A stretch of DNA of 64,000 nt, from positions 5,766,001 to 5,830,000 of the forward strand of contig OZ059894.1 in NCBI GenBank assembly GCA_964057225.1. Reading direction: 5' to 3'. A program made the translations under genes and the position numbers. Below are positions 14,091 through 26,160 of the stretch, piece by piece (position 1 is the stretch's first letter; every line of letters starts with the position of its first letter). Below the pieces are notes generated by a model. It was given only the letters and a program-made list of their open reading frames with translations. It searched no databases and was not told the origin of the DNA. Origin of the DNA: Auanema rhodensis (Eukaryota; Animalia; Nematoda).

Positions 14091-15758
14091 CGTTGTTTTC
14101 TTCTTGAGAAAAAATTTGTTGTAAAGCTGAAAAAATGCTTGAAATATCTTGTGCGAAAACTGATGAAAGGCTTGATACAAGCTGAATACGTAAAGACTAA
14201 ACGAATTTTACATCCAATTCATATATCAAAGTTAGTTTGAAAACGTGGAAATCAATGAATATTGTAAAGAGCACGAAATTTTGCCAAAAAAATTGACACA
14301 TGAAATTATGCATGGACGGCAACATTGTGATACCTTTCTTGGCTCTGCACATATACATGTCCCTGTTTTTTCCGCTTAAAAATAGAAAAAAAAGTTGGAA
14401 GAACGAAGAGAAAAAACAAGTCTCAACACTGAGAAGGGAAAATATTTGACAGAATACTCTGTGCTCATACTGGGAATGAGATTCTAATCAGAATTTACAA
14501 GAGAATCTTCTTATATCTCGTCAATCTGTTTACCTAATTAGGGAAATGGGATTATACTGTACCGTAAAGTACACCTCTGAACGATTTGAATTATATCTAT
14601 TCATAATTACAAGAACATTCATATCTATTAAGTAATATTTTTACATAAAATAATATACGATAAATGAAAAAATTACGAATATTCTTTTATTTACATAACG
14701 AAAATCTGAAAAATCTGCTTTTCTTTTGGAATACATTTTATCGAAAATAAAGTCACACCAACACAGCAATCTGATCTTAATTCAAGAGAAAAAAGGAAAT
14801 AGTGAAAGAACTGCCAAAACTATTTTCAGCAGATAAGACAGCTGGACTTCTACCTCAACAAGAGGCGCGGTTCTAATATAGAGCAGCGGGCGTATATTTT
14901 CCAGCAGTACTAAAGCTTTATAGCAGATTTTTCCATCACATTTTCCACTTTCGTCTACTTCTCTCTCCATCATTCACAGCTACTTTTCCCTCTCCATCTT
15001 GATCAACCTTCAATAGCTAATAACCTTCTTCGTTCCTCTCTACTGCACTAAAACAACATCAAATCGATCATCATTAACATATGCATAGTTAATGTGGATT
15101 TTTAATAATTGAAATTTGAACGAAAAAACTTTATATGAGATTATTAATCTTAATATATCTTTTTTCAATTCTTCATTTATACTTCTTTGAAACTTTCTAA
15201 TTAATTTTAAATGATCAATAGCATAAATCTTCATAATAATTAGTAAAAGAATGCATTTATAAAATTGGATGTACATAAGATTCAAAATATAAAACAAAAA
15301 TAATATTTTGATTTAACAACAAAATTATGCGTATATAATTACAATATATATATTTATATTAAAGGTAATACTTGGATATAAATAAAGTAACATTGAGATT
15401 ATTAATGTGAGCATGAGGACATCACGAACGTGTTATTATCGGTTTAATAATACAAAATAAATCTTTCAAAAAATCACTTTTCTTTCTTTCCGTCTATATA
15501 TATATATATATATAATTTTAAAAAATTATTCAATTAACAGCTTGTCTCTTAGCTCAATAACTTACTGTGGAAAATTTAAGTTCAAAAAATGAATGATGAA
15601 AGCCCGGAAAAAAGATATTAGTGACAAGATCTAACGGAAACTCATTAACACTTGAATAGTTCAGTAGTTTTTGGATGTTCAAGAGATGTATATAAATATA
15701 TATCAATAATCAGTATAAAATGTATGAGAACTTTTTAAAAGAATTAATAGAATTTAAA

Positions 15759-18700
15759 TTAATTGCCTTGCTTCTGAATTCTAGATGAAAAAGTTCGGAT
15801 AATAGCAGCAGGAGATAGACCAGCATCGCGACCACTAAATAAAAAATAAATATGCTAATGAATAAAATAGAATCAAAAAATATAAGTTTAAATAGTTTTT
15901 GTCACACTGTAAAATCATAAGAAGTCACAACTGTTGCTTTATAGCATTCAACTGCCAGCATATGCCCTATATAGAACATCAAAATATTTTGCATTTGCTT
16001 TTCAGCTTTTCTTCTCTTTTTTATTCATTCTATCAAAGAAGTAGAACACGATAATTGGTTGTTTTTTAATAATGTTTCAAGATAAATTACATACTTTGTT
16101 ACTGGTTTTCGTCTTCTGCTTGCTGAATTTTCAGCTTCAGCTAAAAGCTTTTGAATTTTTGACATTAGTTCTCTGAAAAAGTGAAGATAGGTATATTTGA
16201 TTGAAAGGGGTTCAGGAAATTAAAAAAGAAATAAACAAAATGAAATAATGCTTAAAGATAATAGAAGTTTTGACTTAAAATGACTTTGCTACTCAGAAAA
16301 CTTACGGAGACATTCCATTATTTAAATGAGCACCCAATGATTGTATAATAGTCTGTTGGGATCCCAAATTTCCTTGAATAGGAGGTGAGGTAACTTCAAC
16401 AACTACAGCATGCTTAGCTGTTGTATGAGTTTGTTGAACAACTGAAATATACAAAACTAAACATATTCGGCAACTAGCATATTGAAGAAAAATAAAAAAA
16501 AATACGAAAAGGATCAATGCTCATCCATTATTATGCATGCATTTATAATATGAGAGGCATTAAAATATAGCAAGATATAGAAATAATCGAAGTAAGGTGG
16601 CAATGAAAAGCACAAACTTCAAAAACTCATCTTCGCTTTTGGATTTCTCATGTTTATATATCTTCTGTGTATATGGACTCAAACTCACTTTTTCTAGTTG
16701 AAGGGTTGGACGAAGTGTAAGCAACTACTGTTGGTCTCTGAGTAGCTTTTGTTTGAATAGGCTTTGGTCTACTTGTAGTAGATGATGGGATAGACTGTAA
16801 TGTTAAAAGTTGTATCATGTTTTTTTTTAATTTCACAATAAATTTTTAAATTTTTTACTTTGGATGGACGAGCTGTTACGGAAATTTGCACTGATTGCGT
16901 GATTAAATGTCGAGGAGTTTGTTTTTCTGTCTGGGGAATAACTTCGAGCTTCTGAAAACTTTTGTTATTTTCGAAATGTGCTGTTATGAACCTCATTTGG
17001 ACTAAGTATTCTGGACATTGGCTTAACGTTCGTTCGAACAGGAGCTTGAGTTGAACTGAAAATAGAAATAACTTGTGCATTCTAAATCATGCCTTCTGCT
17101 ATATATCGTTAGATATAAACGTTTATAACGAAAAAATTTTATATTCTGCAAGATAAAACCTATAATACTCACGGAAAAGGTGGCATAGTAATCATTGGCA
17201 ACATTGGAAACGATGGTGTTTCTTCTTCACTATGCTAAAAAATATTTTTCTCAATATTTTGCTGTGTATGAATACCTCATCATATTCATACTCATCTTCT
17301 TCTTTGTTTTGGTTAATGGCTGGTCCTACTACTGAGGAGCTTGAAGGAGCACCTGGTTGAGACGGAATCGAAGAGAATGAACTAAAAACGTGAATGAGCC
17401 ACTATTATTTTATGAAAAAACTGTGACCAACCTAGGTAAAGATGATGGAGCTGATGGAAGCTCGCAGTATGCTTCATCTGAGCCATCAGGACAGTGAGCA
17501 ACGCCATCACAGACTTGAGTCATGGGAATCTGGTAATCACGTGATTGACAAGTGAATTTTGAATCTGCCGATGGTTTTCTTAAAGATAAGAACATTAGTT
17601 ATAATAAGTTGAAAAAAAATTTTATGGTTATCTATTTACTTGCAAAGCATTTCGTCTTCTCCATGAGGACATTGTCGTCGCCCGTCGCAGCGCTCATCTA
17701 GTTGAATGCATTCACCGCTTTTAGCACAATGAAATAAGCCATGACCACAAGCTACAAAAGGAAAAATCCCAAAATAAAACAAAAAATTTTTGTGAAAAAG
17801 ACAAATTTCTTTAATAGTGACGAGCTGTCAAACGAAATATTCGAAAATCCAGAAGTATTTAGAAGCAGTTTTTGGCACTCAAATAAATATCATTATAAAC
17901 GAAGGCGATAGGGTTGAAGGTGCGTAAATCGTTGATTTGGACAAACAATGACCAGTCTGACATTGGAGACATTCTCTAACTTTCCTTTTTTTCTTCAACA
18001 ATCTCTGACATCAAGCTGCTCGAGATAGTTCAAAGATAGAAGAGAGTTTAGAGCATCGAGCATAAAAGAAGAAAATATATGTATATGTGACAGAAGAAAC
18101 ACGAAAAAAAGGAAAAATAGAAAGAAAGAGAGATATTGAGAAATATATGAAAATGTTCGCGCTCTTCTTTTTAGTTCCCGGTTATTGTTTTTTTGTGAAC
18201 AAATAATTGGAAATAAAGGCGAAATGACTGGGAAACAAGGATGTTGAGTTGTAGAATTTCCAAAGTAGGAAATAGAATTATTTTTTTACTTGCATCTATA
18301 TGTCCTAACTCACCGTCACAATCCAGTTCATCTGTTCCGTCGTTGCATTCAGAGATTCCGTTACAACGTCGATCAAGTGGAATGCATTGCTCTGATATAA
18401 TACAAGCAAATTCACCAGCTGTGCATAACGCTGAAATTACAAAACATACATGACGATACGTAATAGTTAAAAAGAATTTCGACTATCTATAGTTGTATTA
18501 AATTACTTACGGCAGTTCTGCTCATCCTCTTCTAATTCACAATCATAGTGACCATCACAGCGTTTAGATAACGGGACGCATTTTCCACTTAATGGACAAT
18601 GAAAATCAGTTCCATTACATTTCTGTGGTCCTTAAAATCAATTTTGAAGTTTCGTAAAAAAGTTTTAAGTGGTTTATTTATTAAAATTATTATTTTTGTT

Positions 18701-19342
18701 GCCTTTCCATCACCTTTTTACAAGAACGTGAGTAAATTGGATTCCAATTTGACAGCTCATATCAAAAGATGACAGCAGATATTTCACGAAGATTTGCTGA
18801 CTTAATAGAGTTTTGAGCAGAAAAACGAAAAATAGATTGATAAAACTCTTTGATTCAGGAAGTGAAGATTCTTCCTTCTTCTTGTAATCTCAATTCGGTG
18901 AAAAAAATGTTTTTACCTCGTCCACTCATTCCACAGCTTTTCACGTTATAATCATAATTGCAATTTTGTGTGCCCAACACATCGTATACAAGACCTGCCA
19001 ATCAAAATTATTAAAATTATCAAGCTCATTTATTGCCTTACCAGTTTTACATTCTTTCTTGTATGTTCTAAATCCATCGCTTTGCCAACGACAATGGTAA
19101 AAATCTTGGCTACATTCATATCCTAAGAATTGACCCATACCTGATCTAATAAGACCAGCTTGTTCCAACAGTTCGCTGAAGAAAATTATAAGCAACTTAG
19201 TAAACAGCAATATAAAAAACCTGTTATTACAATAATTGATAGTTAGTGGCTCCATTGAACTAACATCTAACAGATTTATTCCCATAGATGTTGCCGAATG
19301 TAAAACTGATAGAACCAACAGTAAACTTAGAGTCAAAGCCAT
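15759..19342 (-). CDS. lrx-1: Secreted protein: signal peptide, chitin-binding type-2-like Cys domain, four LDL-receptor class A repeats and a Ser/Thr/Pro-rich tail; lrx-1-like; 15 exons, ~516 aa
   Basis: Exons 19221-19342, 19042-19175, 18917-18994, 18511-18630, 18314-18430, 17640-17751, 17432-17578, 17276-17381, 17173-17234, 16992-17055, 16859-16951, 16689-16794, 16306-16441, 16095-16172 and 15759-15834 are all GT-AG bounded and sum to 1551 nt in frame. Motifs: [10 protein letters not shown]...CKTGLVYD...CNY...C (peritrophin-like); [64 protein letters not shown] (LDLa). The gene symbol rests on recalled domain architecture and is less certain than the gene model. Confidence 0.8.
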
Positions 19343-20767
19343 TATCTATAAATATATTGATAATGAATCAATCAGTAGAAATCAACAATAGCATGAAGTT
19401 ATAATAAAATAAAATTCATATGAACTTGAGTTAAATGAAAGAGCCGGATGAAAATGTGCGGAACTATTTAGTCGGTTCTGTCATGACTAGTCGTCGTTTT
19501 GTGACCACTATGTGATTGAAATAAGGATGAGGACAACCGGGTGGTCAGTCGGAGCAAAACGAGAAAAGGAATGAGGAGGAAGAACGAGAAACAGTGACCT
19601 GACGAACAGTCAATCTTTTCTCATTCAATCTTTTTCTCTCACATCTCTTCAAACTGTATGTGGTGCGTCTATGATGTGTGTCGCCGTTCGAGACTTTGGA
19701 GACTAGAATACGGAGGCTCCCTGTCCATCGACGATTTCGGTGGAAACGGTGAAGGCGGTCTATCGAATCTTTTCTACGACAATTGTCGCCGAGATAAGCC
19801 AGAAGTTGATGTGCTTCTGGCCTATGGTCAACGAAAAAATTAAAGAAGATGAAAAGCTTTAGAAGCACAAGCTCCGCTGCTCGCGATTTTTTTCAAGTTC
19901 AAGTGCATTCTATTTAGGGAAGAAGCCTTGACTCACACTTCGTGGCAGTCAAACAATAAGTGTGTATGTGTCAAGTTTGTCCACAAAACCAAAACAGCTT
20001 CAAGCCACCTATTCAACTATGCATTTTTTTCGGTTCCTGATAGGTCGGCAGGTCAGTGCATATGCAGCTTGGTCCGCAGATTCAAGCTGGGACAAATATG
20101 CACTTACGTATGAAATGGAACAATAATCACACTGTTGATTTTTTTAAAATTCGAGGCTTGAAAATCCAGCTAACGCCTGAAATATCGACAATTTTTTGTG
20201 ACACTTCATTCTATCTGATTGGTCTTCCGTATGGTTATGTTGTTGAGATTTTCTATATTTAATTTGCTCATATCTTCTTAATTTTCTGGCTTTTCTGCCA
20301 GAATATGAAGTGATTCTTTTCGCTCTGTTGAAGTTGCAATTGCTTATGAAGATGATAATTATGTTAAAGCCTATCGGTCAAAAGCCAGGAAACATCTAAT
20401 ATTTGGCTAACAGATATTTATTTTTCAAACAAATACAATCAAAATTTGAAGGGAGAAAGTATAAGAACACTGGAAAATTAAGAATGGAATAACGAAAAAA
20501 ATTAGAGATTTCTTATATTAGAAAATTGTCCACTATATAATTTATTTTAATAAAAAATTGAAAGATTTTAAATAAGATCAATAATAATATTATGAATTAT
20601 ACTAATTATGTACAAAATTACATTTTATGTAGACTTAATGAATATTATATAAAAAACAACCAGTATAATGATTAATAATTGGAATAACTGAAAAAAGTTT
20701 TTTCTATACAAATTCATGATTCAAAGAAATATAAAAATCATATGTATTAGATAACAAGAATTAGACC

Positions 20768-23700
20768 CTAATCATCGATGACATCTTTCTGAGCACCACG
20801 TATACTTCTTTCAGATAAACTGCGCTTTCTTTCGTCATCTTGTGGTGACATTGGTATTAAACTTGTACCAAAATCCGAGTCGCCATCTCCTATGTATGAA
20901 ATGCGGCTTGGTTTCCGTTTACGTAGACTATTTGTGTCTTCAGTCATAGGTGATAAATCTTTTATATTCAATGAATGCTGAAATATAAATGTAATTTATC
21001 ATACATCAAAAAAAGTATTCAATATACCCCATTTTCATTTTCAACGAAATATTTCCAAAGAGCTAATACAAGATCTGTTCCAAATATGATTCCAGCATGA
21101 GCTGAAACCATCCTCAGTACGAAGACACCGTCCCGACGAAGATATCGGGAAACGAAATGCTTAACATCTCTAGCATCACCTACACGAAATTCATAGTTTT
21201 ACGGATTACAAAAATGAATTTACGTCTGCTATTCGGATTAAATTCTTCAAGAGCACTTAGTTGTAAATGCTGATTAATAAACCATCTTGAGAAACAAGGA
21301 AATGCTAATACGGCGAACCATTGAGCAAATGTTACCACAGCGCAAACGAATATCATAAGATACCTGAAATATAATATTTTTTATATTTAAAATTGTCTCC
21401 GCTGGTCTATTTCAATGTGATCAGAGTATCATACTAATTCGTTTTTTTAGTTCCTACTAAATTTTTTAAATTAGATTTCAGATTTTATGAAAAAACTAAA
21501 TATTATAAAAACGAAAAAATCATTGAAAGTTGCAGGTGGTTATAATGGACCAAAATTAACCTAAAGAAATGGTTACATCAATGTTTTTCTATTAGAATCC
21601 ATTCGAAATATAAGTACTAAACTGGTAGTCTAAACCATTCATGATATTTTATTTATTATTTAATTATTCAAAAATATTTTATTAAACTTCTCAGAATTTT
21701 TTATCCTCACTGTAATTCAGAGAGCTGGGTTTGTTTTCTTCAAGGAAGTACTGGTTGAATGTCAGATTAAAAGACGTACATTTCTGCGCCGTACAATATA
21801 TGAGAAGTGAATACTTTCATGATCTTATCATTATTTTTTTTGCAATTTAAGATAGTAAAGCTATAACCTTTTTCATAAATCAAAATTTCGCTGGTATATG
21901 ATTAAGCAGTCTTCAAACTTTAATTATTATTTAATTATTCAAAAATATTTTATTAAACTTCTCAGAATTTTTTATCCTCACTGTAATTCAGAGAGCTGGG
22001 TTTGTTTTCTTCAAGGAAGTAATGGTTAAATGTCAGATCAAAGGACATATATTTGTGCGCCGTACAATATATGAGAAGTGAATACTTTCATGATCTTATC
22101 ATTATTTTTTTTGCAATTTAAGATAGTAAAGCTATAACCTTTTTCATAAATCAAAATTTCGCTGGTATATGATTAAGCAGTCTTCAAACTTTAATTATTA
22201 TTTAATTATTCAAAAATATTTTATTAAACTTCTCAGAATTTTTTATCCTCACTGTAATTCAGAGAGCTGGGTTTGTTTTCTTCAAGGAAGTAATGGTTAA
22301 ATGTCAGATCAAAGGACATATATTTGTGCGCCGTACAATATATGAGAAGTGAATACTTTCATGATCTTATCATTATTTTTTTTGCAATTTAAGATAGTAA
22401 AGCTATAACCTTTTTCATAAATCAAAATTTCGCTGGTATATGATTAAGCAGTCTTCAAACTTTAATTATTATTTAATTATTCAAAAATATTTTATTAAAC
22501 TTCTCAGAATTTTTTATCCTCACTGTAATTCAGAGAGCTGGGTTTGTTTTCTTCAAGGAAGTAATGGTTAAATGTCAGATAAAAGGACATATATTTGTGC
22601 GCCGTACAATATATGAGAAGTGAATACTTTCATGATCTTATCATTATTTTTTTTGCAATTTAAGAATATGATGGATGTGAGAGTACGGAACAACTAAAGG
22701 TATAAACTTTTCTATAAATCAAAACTTTGCTGGAATATGACAACTATTCATGATATTTTAATTATTATTTAATTATTCAAAAATATTTTATTAAACTTCT
22801 CAGAATTTTTTATCCTCACTGTAATTCAGAGAGCTGGGTTTGTTTTCTTCATGGAAGTGATGTTAAAATGTCAGACAAAAGACGTACATTTTTGCGCCGT
22901 ACAATTTATGGGTTACGCAAATAGTGGCTAGAACGCATTGTAATGCGCATTATGTTTCATATGATAACAGATAACATACCAAAACCATAATAGAACGAAG
23001 ATTTTTTCATTAAATATGTTGATCACTAGCACACATTGAACAGAATATTTTTGAATATTAGCTACTTGTCGAACCTATAATTATATGAAATTTGATGATA
23101 AACTATTAAACGAATACTTCGAAGTCGCAGACAGCAGATCTCGGAAAATAACCGCTAATATCCCAATTAGTTCCATTAATTAGACTTTTAACAACTCCAT
23201 ATCCATACCATTCATTAGAATTTGTTTTTAAAAAACTGAAAATCTTGTATAAATTTGATCAAAGAGTTTCATATATATTACTAGTTCATAAGCCATAGTT
23301 GAAAAACAACATTAATTAAATATAGAATTTTTGTAATAATATAAATAGTTGATATAAATGATGATGAGTATTGAAAATTGAGAAAACGGAAAGTTTGATG
23401 AACTACAACCTGAAAAATCAGAAAAAAGATATATGTCTTTCCAAGTAATGAACAAACTCCTCTATTTTGAATTCTTGTTTGGAATCTTAAAGCATTTTTC
23501 AAATGTCTTACAAGAATGAATACATTCTTGTCTTTAATATCTTCTTCAACATTCGCAGAATCTCTTGCTCTTTCAACTACTTCATGTATTCTTATTCCTA
23601 AAACATTTATATTTGTAACTATATAACTATAAAATATATTAATAAACCTGTTGTGTTACAAAAATATTTCCAGAATAAGCTTGGAGCTCGGAAAAATGCT

Positions 23701-24199
23701 GCTTGTAATAAAAGAAAAAATGGAACCCATTGATAATAGGATAGCTGTCGTTCTCGAGAATATCGTGATCTGTATAGTACAAATGCATTCAGGTATTTTA
23801 AAATTGATTATGACATACTCTGCTCCTAGAAGTTCAACATGTTGTTGCTTCTCCACATAGTAAGTATCTTGTGACCAGCAGTAGTTTTCAGCATACTGAA
23901 ATACATATTTTGTTTTAAAAATTTATTTTGTTATAAGCAATAAATATTTTTTTGTTTTTCATTTAATTCTGCATTGTTTTTAACAGTTCAATGAAACGTA
24001 CTTGCTCCCAACTTCCAGGAAACTTATTCGGAAACATGCATTCAATAGGTCGACCACCGAATTGTTTAAAAGATATTAAAACCGAAAAAGCTAATAGTAT
24101 ATTTGGAGTAAGCATATAATGAAGCCTATCACTCCAATCGTCATCATAACGTGGCATTAAATACTTTGCCATTCCGATAAATGTTTCGATCATCACCAT
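20768..24199 (-). CDS. inx-11: Innexin (gap-junction protein), INX-11 orthologue, 10 exons, 459 aa
   Basis: Exons 24002-24199, 23819-23895, 23648-23769, 23458-23597, 23282-23409, 23118-23235, 22980-23074, 21224-21363, 21028-21179 and 20768-20977 total 1380 nt. Innexin signatures: [94 protein letters not shown]. The MVMIE...DDDWSDRL N-terminus matches C. elegans INX-11 as I recall it. Confidence 0.95.
21636..22905. repeat. Tandem repeat with a ~271-bp unit (~4.5 copies) inside inx-11 intron 7
   Basis: Anchor TAATTATTCAAAAATATTTTATTAAACTTCTCAGAATTTTTTATCCTCACTGTAATTCAGAGAGCTGGG starts at 21661, 21932, 22203, 22474 and 22770 (spacings 271, 271, 271, 296). Confidence 0.95.
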
Positions 24200-24240
24200 C
24201 TTGATTGTCTTGTAATCTTTTCAGATGACTATTTCGATAA

Positions 24241-24246
24241 CTGAAT
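24241..24246 (-). promoter_or_regulatory. ATTCAG acceptor (likely trans-splice site) of the proximal innexin exon 1
   Basis: TTTTTGATTCAG lies 41 nt upstream of the MVMIE start codon. Confidence 0.5.
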
Positions 24247-25959
24247 CAAAAAATGAGGAAATGATATAAAACTTTAAAACTTATATGTCATTTTAAAGGA
24301 AAAAAGTGAAGTTATAAGAAGGGTGAAAATGTGAATAAAGGTATACAACAATTTCTGTTTCAAAATATCAAAATTGAGAAGAAAAATAAACAGAAAAAAT
24401 AAAATAAAGAAACTCAAATAATGTAGCTAATGTTTACAAAAGGTAACTGTCACAACCTCATTGACTCCTAGCAATAGTTAATACTTAGTATTTTCATTTT
24501 TCAGATATCATTTTGGATGTAACATAGATGGAAAAAACAATTTCGATGAAAAACTGACAATGTATATCAAATACATCATCGTACTACGTAAAAATTATAG
24601 GATTAAGTTTCAGAATGATCGAACCGTGAAAATCAATAATAACCATTAATATATTTTCTATTCATGACCATATTTTCAAATAAATAAACAAAACTTAAAG
24701 ATCACTATAATATATAATATAATATGTAAAATGTAAGATAACTTTTAAGAAATCTATTGAAACAGATAACTAAGAATAAGGAGACTGAAAATTATGGATT
24801 TAAGATATGTTGACAAAGGTTACAAGCATTTTTTTTTGGTACAATTAATTAAATTTCTTTGTTATCTCACACTTCTAAATTTTTTCTGCAACATATAAAT
24901 TTGAAATGTCAGGTGTTGAATATGAGACGACAGCTGGAACAATAAAATGATCTCTTAATTTAGGATAACAATGATGCAAATAATTAAATATCGAATAGAG
25001 AATCTGAACAATTTTTGGTTCAGTAGCCAGCAGATAGTATAGAATTGGATCAGAAGATGTTGTTTGTGAGTTTGCAATTGAAATTTCAATGATATTAGTG
25101 TGCGTCTCTGTGTGTGAAAACGCATGGAATCGTCTAATCGAAGGTGAAGAATCGATTTGACATTGACTTGTAGAAAGAATAGTTGTTCTCTTCTAGTAGG
25201 AAATCATGTGTTTAATACATACAATCTATAATTTATGTTTTTATTTTCTTTGATGAAGAATCAGATGATAGAAATAGAGCTGAATAGACGATGCAAAAAA
25301 GGCAGAAAAATCTTCAGAAATGCTGATGTCTTTGCTTATCTGAAGCTTACGGTTGCCTGACTTGAGAATTACGAAAAATAAGAATTCTTAATATTTACAT
25401 CAATCATTGTAAATTAAAAACATAGGATAATCCACATTATAAAAATGAATTTATAATTAGTATAGTTAGAGACACAAAAAATAATCTTAAGCTGAGTTAT
25501 AACGATATGTATGTCAAATGTATGCGTATACAAGACAAATAAGATGAAGAACGATCTAGCTAGTTCAAGAGGTCCGAGGTGAAGAGATTCTTCTCCCCTA
25601 TGACTTCTTGGAATCATCTCTGTTATCGCTGATGATCATGGCATCACTTTCTCTTGTTCTTTCTCACATTATTATTTTAAAAAGACAAAGAAACTGTATA
25701 TTAGTAGAACATTGTGAGACAGCATTGATGTTAGTAAGAAAATTTTTCTTTATTTCCTTCACCTCAAAAAAGAATTGTTCATATAATCTCTTGAACACTT
25801 TTTTCCCTCTAAAACAGTCTCATTCACAAATTTTTCATTTTTGTAGGAAAAAGTGGCGGTATGTTGTGTGTTTTTAAAAAAACCTTTATATGTAAAAATC
25901 TTTTATACTATCTTCAATTCCGCTTTTAATATAGAGTTTGTGTTGAAAAAGGAATAAAC

Positions 25960-26154
25960 CTGTGCCCATGATCCAGGGAAAGATCCAGGTGTTAAGCATT
26001 CAATTGGTGCTGATGCAAATGTTTTAAGAGCAGTAAGAATAGCGAAAGCACATAATATATTTGTCGTAACGAAATACGAAAGGGCATCAGAATAATCACC
26101 ATCTTTTCGACTTGTAAAAGTTCGAATCGCACGAAACAGGCTTTCTATTGCCAT
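25960..26154 (-). CDS. Second (distal) innexin first coding exon: N-terminus, TM1 and start of EL1; candidate alternative exon 1 of inx-11
   Basis: MAIESLFRAIRTFTSRKDGDYSDALSYFVTTNILCAFAILTALKTFASAPIECLTPGSFPGSWAQ|GT, 195 nt. Gap-free alignment to proximal exon 1 gives 29/65 identities. Phase-0 donor at the homologous position; TTTCAG acceptor 6 nt upstream of the ATG. Confidence 0.85.
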
Positions 26155-26160
26155 CCTTTG

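Noticed and set aside
14782-14973. 63-aa minus-strand ORF between the lrx-1-like gene and the peptide gene
   Set aside because: No motif or splice support; more likely promoter sequence of the peptide gene.
21636-22905. Repeat array as a CRISPR array
   Set aside because: Whole 271-bp units are repeated with no unique spacers or cas genes, inside a eukaryotic intron.
24990-25050. Minus-strand 'YTICW' as a second copy of innexin exon 2
   Set aside because: No acceptor in the right place and no further similarity to [12 protein letters not shown].
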